DNA of 64,000 bases from an uncultured Alphaproteobacteria bacterium (GCA_902602885.1 CACKSM010000001.1:81888-145887); one strand, 5' to 3'; counted from the first letter of the stretch, positions 1 to 10,520 are shown. The notes: generated from the sequence alone by a model not told the origin. Program-made: numbers and translations.

Positions 1-587
1 TGTAAATCAATATCACCAATTCTAATTAATCTTATTTTACCATTTACTTGAGGAGGTTTTACTGACATAGTTCTTACTAGCTCAGGTTTTTCTTCCAATA
101 TACTACTTTCAATTACTTCACTAGTAACTGTATGATTATCTTCAACCAACAAATTTATTTTTTCTTCCAATTCTTCTTTATTTATTTGTTTATCTGGATC
201 ATTAAAATCTAATCGACTTTTTTCATAACCAATTTGACCGCCAGTTACTCCTAAGGGGACTATAGAACACAACAAGTGCAGTGCAGTATGCATTCTCATA
301 TGCTTGTATCGTAAATCCCAATTTATTTTTCCAACTATGTCAATATTCTCTTCAAGGTCTTTGAGATCATCTACAATATTTATGATTTTATTATTTTCTT
401 TAATAGTATCTAAAACTTGTATTTCTATACTTTCAGCTTCTATTGTACCTGTGTCTCCAGGTTGACCACCACTTTTTGCATAAAATGCTGTCTTATCTAA
501 TTCAATACGATTTTCTTCTTTTATAATGCCTGTAATTTTTGCTTTAAATTCTTTAAGGTATGCATCATCTTCGAATAACTTTATCAT
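1..587 (-). CDS. AlaX-like alanyl/threonyl-tRNA editing-domain protein (N-terminal part; 3' end runs off the window)
   Basis: My own minus-strand translation from ATG (587-585): MIKLFEDDAYLKEFKAKITG...KSGGQPGDTG...HMRMHTALHLL... The GGQPxDxG and HxxxH motifs are typical of the AlaRS-editing/AlaX (tRNA_SAD) family. Absent from the ORF track because the window edge truncates it. Confidence 0.7.
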   Translation of the reverse strand, partial: MIKLFEDDAYLKEFKAKITGIIKEENRIELDKTAFYAKSGGQPGDTGTIEAESIEIQVLDTIKENNKIINIVDDLKDLEENIDIVGKINWDLRYKHMRMHTALHLLCSIVPLGVTGGQIGYEKSRLDFNDPDKQINKEELEEKINLLVEDNHTVTSEVIESSILEEKPELVRTMSVKPPQVNGKIRLIRIGDIDL

Positions 588-620
588 AGCGTTTTTTAAC
601 AGTATTTTAAAAATATTATA

Positions 621-648
621 TTGACTTTTTTGTCATTCTGAATAAATT
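621..648 (+). promoter_or_regulatory. Candidate sigma70-like promoter of umuDC (TTGACT 621-626, TAAATT 643-648, 16-nt spacer)
   Basis: Hexamers read directly. AT-rich background makes -10-like hexamers common, so support is weak on its own. Confidence 0.3.
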
Positions 649-649
649 A

Positions 650-664
650 GAACAAAAGTAGAAC
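650..664 (+). promoter_or_regulatory. Alphaproteobacterial-type LexA (SOS) box GAAC-N7-GAAC
   Basis: GAACaaaagtaGAAC read at 650-664. It lies just downstream of the promoter-like hexamers and about 60 nt upstream of the umuD ATG. It matches the direct-repeat LexA operator known from Rhodobacter/Rhizobium. Confidence 0.6.
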
Positions 665-683
665 AAATAATTTTATAGATAAT

Positions 684-710
684 ATAATTGTTATTTATCA
701 ATTATTTAAA
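684..710. repeat. 27-nt element, copy A: ATAATTG-N8-CAATTAT inverted repeat plus TTAAA tail
   Basis: ataattgTtatttatcaattatttaaa at 684-710. Identical except for one T/C to 29764-29790. Ends 16 nt before the umuD ATG. Confidence 0.6.
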
Positions 711-726
711 TATTTTTTCTAATATT

Positions 727-1164
727 ATGTCTAAAAAAATAGAAAACTTAATATTTAAAACTGAATCCAAGGGAGATCAAATAACACCTTATTTTCTTGA
801 TACAGTATCTGCAGGTTTTCCATCTCCAGCTACTGATTATATGGAAAACAAACTTGATCTTAATGAATATTTGGTTCAACGTCCAACAGCAACCTATATC
901 GTTAAAGCTAATGGCCCTTCTATGACCGATGCAGGCATATTATCAGGTGATTTACTTATTGTTGATAGAAGTATTACGCCTCGTAACGACAATATTGTCA
1001 TAGCCTCCATCTTTGGTGACTTAACAGTTAAAAAACTGAAAAAGAAAGATCAGTCACTATTTTTAATTTCTGCCAATAGTGAGTATCCCAGTATTCAAGT
1101 TAAAGAAGAAATGGAGTGTTTTATATGGGGGGTAGTGACATATGTCATACACAAAACTACTTAA
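727..1164 (+). CDS. umuD: UmuD, S24 LexA-like self-cleaving peptidase (Pol V accessory subunit)
   Basis: VSAGFPSPA (Ala-Gly cleavage site), GPSMTDAG (Ser nucleophile) and TVKKLKK (Lys). Directly followed by and overlapping umuC. Start trimmed from the track's TTG 688 to ATG 727. Confidence 0.85.
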   Translation: MSKKIENLIFKTESKGDQITPYFLDTVSAGFPSPATDYMENKLDLNEYLVQRPTATYIVKANGPSMTDAGILSGDLLIVDRSITPRNDNIVIASIFGDLTVKKLKKKDQSLFLISANSEYPSIQVKEEMECFIWGVVTYVIHKTT

Positions 1165-2446
1165 TAGAAATCATAGCTCAGTAAATCGATCTATAGCCTT
1201 AATAGACTGTAACAATTTTTATGCATCATGTGAAAGAATATTTAACCCCAAACTTATAGGAAAACCAATTGTCGTACTTTCCAATAATGATGGCTGTATC
1301 ATTGCACGATCAAAAGAAGCAAAAAAATTAGGGATAAAAATGGGTGAACCTTATTTTAAAGCAAAAAATATTATTGAAAAAAATGATGTTAGAGTTTTTT
1401 CATCTAATTATTCTTTGTATGGTGATATTTCTCAGAGAGTAATGGAGACATTATCAAGTTTCTCTTCGGAGGTAGAAATTTACTCTATAGATGAAGCATT
1501 TCTTGGTTTAAATGGTTTTGAGAACTATGAGCTAAACACTTATTGCAGACATATTAGACAAACAATTAAGAGGTGGGTTGGTATCCCAGTTAGTATTGGA
1601 GTGGGTCCAACAAAAACACTATCAAAAATAGCTAATCATTTAGCAAAAAAACAACCAGACTATAAAGGTGTGTGCATACTAAAAAATAAAATAGAAATAA
1701 AAAAAGCATTAGAATTAACATCCATTGAAGAAGTATGGGGCATTGGAAGAAGATTATCTCTTTTCCTGAAAAAATATAATATTCATAATGCTTATCAATT
1801 TTCACAAATGGACAGAGGATGGGTAAGAAAAAATATGGGTGTAGTGGGAGAGAAGACATATCTAGAATTAAATAGTGTATCGTGTTTAGAGCTTGATTTG
1901 GTTCCAAGTGACAAACAAAGTTGTTGTGTCTCACGATCATTTAGTCAGCCAATAGAAAAATTATTTGATTTGGAGGAATCAATATCAACTTATGGATCAA
2001 GAGTATCAGAGAAGATAAGGGAAGATGGGTTAGTCGCTGAGTCGATGAGTATTTTTGTTTTGACAAATCATTTTAATAGAAGAGAGAAACAATATTCAAA
2101 TTCAATAAAACTACATTTACCTTTTCCAACAAATGATAGCATAAAAATTGTTAAAAGAGCTCTTGAAGGAATTAGAAAAATATATCGACCAGGATTTCGT
2201 TATAAAAAAGCTGGAATTATATTATATGGTCTTAGCAGGCACAATGTAACTAGAGGATTACTTGATTATGACCGTGATACATCGGATAGAATAATGAATA
2301 CTATTGATAATATTAATTCTAGATATGGAAGTTCAACGTTAAAGATAGCTTCTGAAGGTATAGAAAAAATATGGAAGATGAAAAGAGAAAACGTATCCCC
2401 ATGTTACACAACATGTTTTGAAGAATTAGTGGAAGTTAAGGCTTAG
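1142..2446 (+). CDS. umuC: UmuC, Y-family DNA polymerase V catalytic subunit
   Basis: IALIDCNNFYASCERIFNP...VVLSNNDGCIIARS...SIDEAFL motifs of Y-family polymerases. 23-nt overlap with umuD. Confidence 0.9.
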   Translation: MSYTKLLNRNHSSVNRSIALIDCNNFYASCERIFNPKLIGKPIVVLSNNDGCIIARSKEAKKLGIKMGEPYFKAKNIIEKNDVRVFSSNYSLYGDISQRVMETLSSFSSEVEIYSIDEAFLGLNGFENYELNTYCRHIRQTIKRWVGIPVSIGVGPTKTLSKIANHLAKKQPDYKGVCILKNKIEIKKALELTSIEEVWGIGRRLSLFLKKYNIHNAYQFSQMDRGWVRKNMGVVGEKTYLELNSVSCLELDLVPSDKQSCCVSRSFSQPIEKLFDLEESISTYGSRVSEKIREDGLVAESMSIFVLTNHFNRREKQYSNSIKLHLPFPTNDSIKIVKRALEGIRKIYRPGFRYKKAGIILYGLSRHNVTRGLLDYDRDTSDRIMNTIDNINSRYGSSTLKIASEGIEKIWKMKRENVSPCYTTCFEELVEVKA

Positions 2447-2452
2447 ATAAAA

Positions 2453-2527
2453 TGGCTCCCCGGGCCGGGCTCGAACCAGCGACCGATCGGTTAACAGCCG
2501 ATTGCTCTACCACTGAGCTACCGAGGA
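2453..2527 (-). tRNA. tRNA-Asn (anticodon GTT), CCA encoded
   Basis: Reverse complement: TCCTCGGTAGCTCAGTGGTAGAGCAATCGGCTGTTAACCGATCGGTCGCTGGTTCGAGCCCGGCCCGGGGAGCCA. It folds as a cloverleaf with anticodon loop CT-GTT-AA and a GTTCGAG T-loop. Confidence 0.9.
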
Positions 2528-2574
2528 ACACAATTTTGTTGATAATAAAAAAAAATTAAAAAACAAGAAAAAAT

Positions 2575-2648
2575 TGGAGGCTCGGAGCGGAATCGAACCG
2601 CTGTGCAAGGCTTTGCAGGCCCCTACATAACCACTCTGCCACCGAGCC
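2575..2648 (-). tRNA. tRNA-Cys (anticodon GCA), CCA encoded
   Basis: Reverse complement: GGCTCGGTGGCAGAGTGGTTATGTAGGGGCCTGCAAAGCCTTGCACAGCGGTTCGATTCCGCTCCGAGCCTCCA. Acceptor stem GGCTCGG/CCGAGCC, anticodon loop CT-GCA-AA, T-loop GTTCGAT. Confidence 0.9.
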
Positions 2649-2771
2649 TAAAAAAAATGACAATTATCACTATATTATTTCTAGTCAATTAATGAAAAAA
2701 AAATCTAAAGAGTGATAACATTGTTTAAATAATTGATTATATGGCTAGTTTATATAAAGCATCTTAAAGAA

Positions 2772-3431
2772 ATGAGTGAAACATTCGAAATTGCTAGAAA
2801 AAATATGGTTCTTAATCAGTTAAGACCAAATAAAATCAACGAAGAAAATATCTTAAATATATTCGAAAATACTCCTAAAGAAAATTATTTGGATGTCGGT
2901 TTAAGTAAGAATTGTTATCTAGATAATAATTTAGATATAACTGATAAAAGAGGATATCTTAAAAATTTACACCTAGCCCAAATTATAAAATATTCGAAAA
3001 TATTACCTAATGATAAAGTATTGCATATTGGTGGTTTAACGGGCTACTTTTCTGTAATTATTAGCTCATTATGTGAAGAACTTCATGTTGTAGAAGAAAA
3101 TGGAGAACTATTTAAATTATTAGAAGATAATATTGAGAATACTGATAACACAAATATTAGTTTATTTAATCATAATTTGTTAGACGGATTAGTCGATAAA
3201 GCTCCGTTTAATTTAATTATTATTGACGGACCTATATTTAATATAACTGATAATTTAAAGAAGCAATTAGTAATGAATGGCGGAAGATTAATATATATTA
3301 AAAAAATATATGATAATTTGAGTAAAGCTTATAAAATTATAAGAAATGAAGATTTGTATTCATCTGAGTATTTATTTGATGTAATGTGTAGTTATCAAAT
3401 TCAAGAACAAGAAGAGGGTTTTAAATTTTAA
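2772..3431 (+). CDS. Protein-L-isoaspartate O-methyltransferase-like (PIMT family paralog)
   Basis: N-terminal ARKNMVLNQLRP and SAM-fold segment VLHIGGLTGYF. Sits upstream of tolC, as in many alphaproteobacteria (from memory). Start trimmed to ATG 2772. Confidence 0.65.
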   Translation: MSETFEIARKNMVLNQLRPNKINEENILNIFENTPKENYLDVGLSKNCYLDNNLDITDKRGYLKNLHLAQIIKYSKILPNDKVLHIGGLTGYFSVIISSLCEELHVVEENGELFKLLEDNIENTDNTNISLFNHNLLDGLVDKAPFNLIIIDGPIFNITDNLKKQLVMNGGRLIYIKKIYDNLSKAYKIIRNEDLYSSEYLFDVMCSYQIQEQEEGFKF

Positions 3432-4718
3432 ATGAGATTATTTATATTTTTGTTATTACTTATTTATTCTAAATCTATATTTGCTCTATCGATTGATGAT
3501 TCTGTAAAAAGTACGATTGCAAATAATTTGAAAGTAAAAATTGCTTTTGAAAAACTGAATGAAAGCAAAGAAACTATTGAGGTAGCTATAGGCAAAAAAC
3601 TTCCAACAGTTACTGGCACAATTTCTGGTACATATAGTAATAGTGATACAACATCAGCAGCTGGTGTATCAACAACACCAGAGACTTTTACAGATAAATA
3701 TAAAATTAGTATTACTCAAAATTTGTATGATGGCGGTGAAAAAAGTTTAGAAATAGAAAGATCAAAAATTATTTACGAAAATGCAGTTATAAACTTTTAC
3801 AAAACAGTTCAAGATTTATCGCTAACAGCTGTAGAAGGTTATTTAACTGTAATAAATTATGAAAAATCATTAGAGGCTTCCAAAAAAAATTTTGATTCTG
3901 TTTCAAGATTTTTAGAAGAAGTAAAATTAAAATATGAATTAGGGTCAGCAACCATAACTGAACTGAAAAATGCTGAGAGCGCTTTTTCAATTGCTGAAAC
4001 AAATCTTTTTTCAGCTGAACAAAACTACAAAGTAAGTTTAAAAACATTTAAATCAATTGTTGGTAAAGAAGCTATTAATTTAGAAGATTATGTAAATATA
4101 GAAGAGGATTTGAATTTTGATAACATACTTTCTGAAGTTTATAAGAATAATTTTAATATTTTAATTGCAAAAAATAATATTAAAATTAAAGAATTTGATC
4201 TCTCAAAAGAAAAAGGTTCTAATAGACCTACACTAGATATAACAGCTTCCACTGAGTATTCGGATGGTTCACGAATAGATGCGGGAAGTGAAAATACTAA
4301 TGCAACAATAGGGTTAACTTTAACAATTCCTATATTTCAGCAAAACATTGACAAATCAGATATTAGAAAAATAAATTCTCAAATCTTACAAACTGAAATT
4401 GAGTTAGAGGATCTTAAAGAAAGTTTAAATATTGAGGTATCAAACTATTATAAAAACTATTTAGTTAGTAAATCAAATTTAAATTCCTCTTTATTAACTA
4501 TAGAGTATGCAAATACTCTTCTAGAAAGTACTCAAGAGGAATACAACCTTGGGACAAAATCTATTACTGATCTAATAGAAGCAGAAACTAATCTTTTAAA
4601 CGTAAATGTTGAATATTTTAATGCAAATAAAAACTATCTGATTAATTATTTTAATTTACTAGCTTTAGATGGTTCACTGATTAAATTATTTGAGGAGTAT
4701 CTTCCTAGCTATAATTAG
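3432..4718 (+). CDS. tolC: TolC-family outer membrane efflux protein
   Basis: Signal peptide MRLFIFLLLLIYSKSIFA. Two internally repeated coiled-coil/beta halves typical of OEP family proteins. 428 aa. Confidence 0.85.
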   Translation: MRLFIFLLLLIYSKSIFALSIDDSVKSTIANNLKVKIAFEKLNESKETIEVAIGKKLPTVTGTISGTYSNSDTTSAAGVSTTPETFTDKYKISITQNLYDGGEKSLEIERSKIIYENAVINFYKTVQDLSLTAVEGYLTVINYEKSLEASKKNFDSVSRFLEEVKLKYELGSATITELKNAESAFSIAETNLFSAEQNYKVSLKTFKSIVGKEAINLEDYVNIEEDLNFDNILSEVYKNNFNILIAKNNIKIKEFDLSKEKGSNRPTLDITASTEYSDGSRIDAGSENTNATIGLTLTIPIFQQNIDKSDIRKINSQILQTEIELEDLKESLNIEVSNYYKNYLVSKSNLNSSLLTIEYANTLLESTQEEYNLGTKSITDLIEAETNLLNVNVEYFNANKNYLINYFNLLALDGSLIKLFEEYLPSYN

Positions 4719-4755
4719 AGTTTTATTAATTTAATTAAACATTTATAATACCTAT

Positions 4756-5040
4756 ATGAATACAAAAAATTCTATCAATGAATCTCTTGAAGTCATACGA
4801 AGAGCACTTGAAGATGAAAAAAACGATTTAAATAAACATTCTTCATCTAATATTTTAGTACTTAATCAAAAGGTTAACAATGATGGTACAATAAAATTAC
4901 TTCAAAAAGATGAAGAGATAAATAGTAAAATTAATGATATTATAGATCAAAAACTTTCCTATCTTGTAGAAAATAAAATTGAAAAAATACTTGATGAGAA
5001 AATCCCAAAATTACTAAAAAATTATTTCGATTCAAAATAG
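4756..5040 (+). CDS. Small acidic protein, DUF2497/PopZ-like (tentative)
   Basis: N-terminal SLEVIRRALEDE and C-terminal amphipathic KLSYLVENKIEKILDEKIPKLLKNYF. Position between tolC and valS. Confidence 0.4.
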   Translation: MNTKNSINESLEVIRRALEDEKNDLNKHSSSNILVLNQKVNNDGTIKLLQKDEEINSKINDIIDQKLSYLVENKIEKILDEKIPKLLKNYFDSK

Positions 5041-5045
5041 TTACG

Positions 5046-7673
5046 ATGCAGCTTGATAAATTTTTTGATTTTTTAAAAGATGAAAAAAATCTTTATTCGC
5101 AATGGGAGCAGTCAAATTGTTTTAAACCACAAAAAGGAGGTGAACCTTATTCTATAATGATGCCACCACCTAATGTTACAGGCAGCTTACATATGGGTCA
5201 TGCTTTAACCTTCACAATTCAAGATATATTAATCAGATACCATAGAATGAAGGGTATGGAAGTATTGTGGCAAGCAGGGACAGATCATGCAGGAATAGCT
5301 ACTCAGATGGTGGTTGAAAGAAAATTAAGTGAGTCAAACCTGGATCGACGATCTCTAGGTAGAGAAAAGTTTATTGAAAAAGTATGGGAATGGAAAAAAG
5401 AGTCGGGTGGTCAGATAAGTAATCAATTAAGAAGACTTGGTGCTTCTGCAGATTGGTCTAGAGAAAGATTTACTATGGATGAAGGACTTTCTAATGCTGT
5501 TAAGAAAGTTTTTGTTAACTTATTTAATGATGGAATTATTTATAAAGATAAGAGATTGGTGAATTGGGATCCTAAACTTTTAACAGCTATTTCTGATCTG
5601 GAAGTAGAGCAAAGAGATACTGAAGGAAGTTTATGGCATATTAAATATCCTATAGATCAAAATAATCATATCATTGTTGCAACAACAAGACCTGAGACAA
5701 TGTTAGGTGATACAGCAGTTGCCGTTCATCCAGATGATGAAAAATATAAAAATCTAATTGGTAAATTTTGTAACTTACCAATTTCAAATAAGAAAATACC
5801 AATCATTGCTGATGAGTATGCAGATCCTGAAAAAGGTTCTGGGGCTGTAAAAATTACGCCTGCACATGACTTTAATGATTTTGAGGTAGGAAAGAGACAT
5901 GATTTAGAATTTATTAATATTTTTGATGAAAATGCTAAACTGAACTCAAATGTGCCTGAAGAATTTCAAAATTTAGATCGATTTGAAGCAAGAGAACTAA
6001 TTTTAAAAAAATTAGATGAAATGAATTTATTAATTAAAGAGGAAAAACAGCAAATGGTCATACCATATGGTGATAGATCAGGTGTTGTTATTGAGCCATG
6101 GCTGACAGACCAATGGTTTTGTGATGCAAAAAAATTATCAGTTGATCCAATATCAGCTGTTAAAGATAAAAGTTCTAAATTTATTCCTAAACAATGGGAA
6201 AATACTTTTTATAATTGGATGGAAAATATTCAACCTTGGTGTATTTCAAGACAGTTATGGTGGGGACATCAAATTCCTGCATGGTATGGTCCTGATAAAA
6301 AATATTTTGTTAATGAAACTGTAGAAGGGGCACAAAATCAAGCAAAAGAATTTTATGGAAAGGATGTTGAGCTTAGACAAGATGAAGACGTTTTAGATAC
6401 TTGGTTTTCTTCTGCTCTATGGACATTCTCTACTTTAGATTGGCCAAATAAAACGTATGAATTAGATAAATTTTATCCTGGTAACGTTTTGGTTACTGGT
6501 TTTGATATCATATTTTTTTGGGTTGCGCGGATGATGATGATGGGTTCTTATTTTATGAAGGAAACTCCATTTAAAGATATTTATATTCATCCTTTAATAC
6601 GTGATGAAAAAGGACAAAAAATGTCTAAATCAAAAGGGAACATAATTGATCCTTTAGAGTTATTAGATAAATATGGCGCTGATACATTAAGATTTACACT
6701 AACAGCACTATTAAATCCTGGACGAGATGTAAAATTATCTGAAGCCAGAGTTAAAGGATATAAATCATTCACAAATAAAATTTGGAATGCTGGAAAATTT
6801 TTACAATTGAATAATTCAATTTTTATAGATGATATTTCAATTGATTCAATTATTTTTGATGCAAACAAATGGATAATAAAAGAATTGAATGATTTGAGCA
6901 CTCAACTAGATCAATTAACTAAAAAGTATTTGTTTCATGAAATAGCAAATAAAATTTATCATTTCGTATGGCATACTTATTGTGACTGGTACATTGAAAT
7001 TATTAAACAAAATTTTGAAAATGAAAAATTTGTTGATGAAATTAAAAAAGTCTCTGGATGGACATTTATTCAAGTTTTAAAGATCATACATCCCATTATG
7101 CCATTTATAAGTGAAAAATTATGGAGATCTTTAGTTGACGATAAATCATATTTAATGAACCAAGTTTTTCAAAATTATTCAACAAATAATTCTTTTAATA
7201 ATTCTAAAAAAAACTTCGAAATATTTATTGAATTCATAACATCTATAAGAAATTTGAGATCAGAACTAAACATACCTTATAAACAATTAATTAATATCTC
7301 CATAGAAGCAAAAAATGAAGAACTTAATAATTTTCTAATTGCATATAAAAAAGAAATAAGTAATTTTTTAAAAACCAAAGATATTAGTTTTGATAAAATT
7401 CAACCTAATAAGAATTCAGCTTTAATTGTATTAACATCATTATCAGTTTTAATCCCTTTAGATGGTATTATTGACTCAGAAGCAGAACTAAAAAAATTAA
7501 ATAAGAAAAAGCTAGTTGAGCAAGAAAAATTTAATAAAGTTAATGACAAATTAAAAAATGATAACTTCATGAATAAAGCTTCAGAAGAAATCATTAATAA
7601 ATTTAAAAATGAGGCAAATATTTATAAATCTTCTATTGAAAAAATTGATCAAATAATAAATACTATCAAATAG
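5046..7673 (+). CDS. valS: Valyl-tRNA synthetase
   Basis: [13 protein letters not shown] (HIGH), KMSKSKGN (KMSKS), C-terminal coiled coil. 875 aa. Confidence 0.97.
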   Translation: MQLDKFFDFLKDEKNLYSQWEQSNCFKPQKGGEPYSIMMPPPNVTGSLHMGHALTFTIQDILIRYHRMKGMEVLWQAGTDHAGIATQMVVERKLSESNLDRRSLGREKFIEKVWEWKKESGGQISNQLRRLGASADWSRERFTMDEGLSNAVKKVFVNLFNDGIIYKDKRLVNWDPKLLTAISDLEVEQRDTEGSLWHIKYPIDQNNHIIVATTRPETMLGDTAVAVHPDDEKYKNLIGKFCNLPISNKKIPIIADEYADPEKGSGAVKITPAHDFNDFEVGKRHDLEFINIFDENAKLNSNVPEEFQNLDRFEARELILKKLDEMNLLIKEEKQQMVIPYGDRSGVVIEPWLTDQWFCDAKKLSVDPISAVKDKSSKFIPKQWENTFYNWMENIQPWCISRQLWWGHQIPAWYGPDKKYFVNETVEGAQNQAKEFYGKDVELRQDEDVLDTWFSSALWTFSTLDWPNKTYELDKFYPGNVLVTGFDIIFFWVARMMMMGSYFMKETPFKDIYIHPLIRDEKGQKMSKSKGNIIDPLELLDKYGADTLRFTLTALLNPGRDVKLSEARVKGYKSFTNKIWNAGKFLQLNNSIFIDDISIDSIIFDANKWIIKELNDLSTQLDQLTKKYLFHEIANKIYHFVWHTYCDWYIEIIKQNFENEKFVDEIKKVSGWTFIQVLKIIHPIMPFISEKLWRSLVDDKSYLMNQVFQNYSTNNSFNNSKKNFEIFIEFITSIRNLRSELNIPYKQLINISIEAKNEELNNFLIAYKKEISNFLKTKDISFDKIQPNKNSALIVLTSLSVLIPLDGIIDSEAELKKLNKKKLVEQEKFNKVNDKLKNDNFMNKASEEIINKFKNEANIYKSSIEKIDQIINTIK

Positions 7674-7674
7674 A

Positions 7675-9405
7675 ATGAAAGATAAAGGTTCAAATAGAAA
7701 ATCTAATCTACCCAGTAGATATGTTAGTGTAGGGCCTAAAAGTGCACCTCATAGATCTTATTATTATGCTATGGGTTTGAAAGAACATGAAATTTATCAA
7801 CCGTTTGTTGGTGTTGTTAGCACCTGGAACGAATCAGCTCCTTGCAACATTACTCTTCAGGATCAAGCGCAACATGTGAAGACAGGTGTCAAAGATGCTG
7901 GAGGAACACCAAGAGAATTTACAACTATAACAGTAACAGATGGAATTGCCATGGGCCATGAGGCAATGAAATCCTCACTTATCAGTAGAGAGGTTATTGC
8001 AGATTCCATTGAATTATCTGTAAGAGGTCACTGTTATGATGCAATAGTTGGACTTGCTGGCTGTGATAAATCTTTGCCAGGTTTAATGATGGCTATGGTT
8101 AGATTAAATGTACCATCTGTATTCATTTATGGGGGTTCAATCTTACCAGGAAAATACAAAGGTAAAGATGTTACTGTTATTGATGTTTTTGAAGCAGTTG
8201 GAAAACATGCTGCTGGAACTATCTCAGATCAAGATTTAAAAGATATTGAACAAGTTGCTTGCCCATCTGCTGGATCGTGTGGAGGTCAGTTTACAGCAAA
8301 TACAATGGCATGTATTTCTGAAGCAGTTGGTTTAGCTCTAACAAATTCAGCTATGCCACCAGCAGTAAATACTGAAGAAAGAAAAGCTTATGGTGAAAAG
8401 AGTGGTAAAGCTATAATGAATTTATTAGAAAAGAATATAAGACCAAGGGATATAGTAACTATTGATTCATTAGTAAACGCTGCAAGAGTAGTTGCAGCTA
8501 CTGGAGGCTCAACTAATGCAGCACTCCATCTTCCTGCGATAGCTAATGAAGCGGGTTTAAAATTTACATTAAGAGATGTTGTAGAAATTTATAATTCGAC
8601 TCCTTATATTGGAGATATGCAACCTGGTGGAAAGTACGTTGCTAAAGATTTATATGATGTAGGAGGTGTGCCAGTCGTTATAAAATCTTTATTAGATGGT
8701 GGTTATATAAATGGGGACTGCTTAACAGTTACAGGAAAAACAATAGCTGAAAATCATAAAGAAGTAATATTTCCTACAAATCAAGATGTTGTTTATAAAT
8801 GTGATAATCCAATTAGTGAAAATAGTTCAGTCGTTGGGTTGTGGGGTAATCTTGCTCCAGATGGATGTATATCAAAAATAGCAGGTTTAAAAAATTTAAC
8901 TTTTAAAGGAAAAGCTAAATGTTTTGACTCAGAAGAAGATGCTTTAACCGCAGTTTTAAAAAATGAAATTAAAGCCGGAGATGCAGTAATAATTAGATAT
9001 GAAGGTCCTAAAGGAGGACCTGGTATGCGTGAAATGCTTTCAACAACAGGTGCAATATATGGGCAAGGGTTAGGTGAAACTGTTGCTTTAATTACTGACG
9101 GACGGTTTTCAGGCGGCACAAGAGGATTTTGCATTGGTCATGTAGGACCAGAAGCAGCTGTAGGAGGTATGATAGGTTTACTTAAAGACGGCGATGAGAT
9201 TATTATTGATGCTGTTAAAGGTGAAATCAACGTTACGCTTTCAGATCAAGAAATAGAAAAGAGAAAAAAAGATTGGAAGCCAAGAAAAACTAATCATAAT
9301 TCTGGATCTATATGGAAATATTCACAAACTGTTGGGCCAGCTTACGAGGGTGCTGTTACTCAACCAGGAGCAAAAGACGAAACGCATACATACGCTGATA
9401 TTTAA
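7675..9405 (+). CDS. ilvD: Dihydroxy-acid dehydratase
   Basis: [20 protein letters not shown] and [10 protein letters not shown] motifs of the IlvD/Edd family. 576 aa. Confidence 0.97.
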   Translation: MKDKGSNRKSNLPSRYVSVGPKSAPHRSYYYAMGLKEHEIYQPFVGVVSTWNESAPCNITLQDQAQHVKTGVKDAGGTPREFTTITVTDGIAMGHEAMKSSLISREVIADSIELSVRGHCYDAIVGLAGCDKSLPGLMMAMVRLNVPSVFIYGGSILPGKYKGKDVTVIDVFEAVGKHAAGTISDQDLKDIEQVACPSAGSCGGQFTANTMACISEAVGLALTNSAMPPAVNTEERKAYGEKSGKAIMNLLEKNIRPRDIVTIDSLVNAARVVAATGGSTNAALHLPAIANEAGLKFTLRDVVEIYNSTPYIGDMQPGGKYVAKDLYDVGGVPVVIKSLLDGGYINGDCLTVTGKTIAENHKEVIFPTNQDVVYKCDNPISENSSVVGLWGNLAPDGCISKIAGLKNLTFKGKAKCFDSEEDALTAVLKNEIKAGDAVIIRYEGPKGGPGMREMLSTTGAIYGQGLGETVALITDGRFSGGTRGFCIGHVGPEAAVGGMIGLLKDGDEIIIDAVKGEINVTLSDQEIEKRKKDWKPRKTNHNSGSIWKYSQTVGPAYEGAVTQPGAKDETHTYADI

Positions 9406-9407
9406 TA

Positions 9408-10193
9408 TTAATTAACTAATTCAATCGTAACTGGTGTGTGATCAGAAGCTTTTTCCCATCCTCTTGGTTCACGATTAACATTAACTGATTTAATCAAATC
9501 AGTTACTTCTGACGTAGTAAGAAAATGATCAATTCGTAGGCCATTGCCTTTTTGCCAACTCCCACCTCTATAACCCCAAAAGGTCCAGTTTGTATCTCCA
9601 TCAACAAAGTATTTAACTGTATCAACAAAACCTAAATTCAAAAGATTTCTAAATTTTTCTCTTGTTAATGGATGGGCACAAGCATCATTTTTAAAATTTT
9701 CTGGTGAATACACATCTTCATCATTAGGTATTACATTAAAATCTCCACCTATAATTATTGGTTGATTATTATCAGTTAATTCTTTGATATATTTATTAAA
9801 ATTTATCATCCAATCAATTTTGTAATCAAATTTTTCTGTTTCAATCGGATTTCCATTTGGAAGATAAATATTTATTAATTTAATTTTATTTTTTATATTT
9901 TTTAAGGATATTTCTGTTTCAATAAATCTGGAATTTACATCTTGGTAATTAGGAATTTTTAAGTTTGAAATTTCAATACTTTCTTTGCTGAGTATGGCTA
10001 CCCCATTCCAAGCTTTTTGTCCATTAACATAACATTTATAATTAATATTTTCTAATTCCTCTTTAGGAAAACTTTCATTTGTGCATTTTAATTCTTGAAT
10101 TAAATATAAATCTGATTGATCTTTTTTTATAAATTTTATTAAATGTTCTATTCTTGCATTAACTGAATTTACATTCCAGGTAGTAATTTTCAT
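9408..10193 (-). CDS. xthA: Exodeoxyribonuclease III
   Basis: MKITTWNVNS..., IIGGDFNV and C-terminal SDHTPV motifs of the EEP-fold AP endonuclease family. Confidence 0.93.
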   Translation of the reverse strand: MKITTWNVNSVNARIEHLIKFIKKDQSDLYLIQELKCTNESFPKEELENINYKCYVNGQKAWNGVAILSKESIEISNLKIPNYQDVNSRFIETEISLKNIKNKIKLINIYLPNGNPIETEKFDYKIDWMINFNKYIKELTDNNQPIIIGGDFNVIPNDEDVYSPENFKNDACAHPLTREKFRNLLNLGFVDTVKYFVDGDTNWTFWGYRGGSWQKGNGLRIDHFLTTSEVTDLIKSVNVNREPRGWEKASDHTPVTIELVN

Positions 10194-10520
10194 TTATATT
10201 GAAAAAGAAGTTCCACAACCACATGATGAAGATGCTAAAGGATTAGATATTTTAAATGAGGATCCAATCAATTCATTAACATAATCAATTTTCGATCCTT
10301 TGATTAATTCAATTGAAGTTTTATCTATTAATACATCAGCATTTCTATAATTAAAGATTAAATCATCATCATTTGGTTTATCAGAAAAATCAAATTTATA
10401 TTGAAATCCAGCACAACCACCACCTAATACAGTAATTCTGAAATAGTTAGATTTTTCAGAGAGAAGTACCTTGTTGATATGATTCTGAGCACTTTCCGTA
10501 ACTTCAATTATATTGTCCAT
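10194..10520 (-). CDS. erpA: Iron-sulfur cluster insertion protein (HesB/IscA/ErpA family)
   Basis: GGGCAGFQY and C-terminal SCGCGTSF cysteine motif. 108 aa. Confidence 0.9.
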   Translation of the reverse strand: MDNIIEVTESAQNHINKVLLSEKSNYFRITVLGGGCAGFQYKFDFSDKPNDDDLIFNYRNADVLIDKTSIELIKGSKIDYVNELIGSSFKISNPLASSSCGCGTSFSI

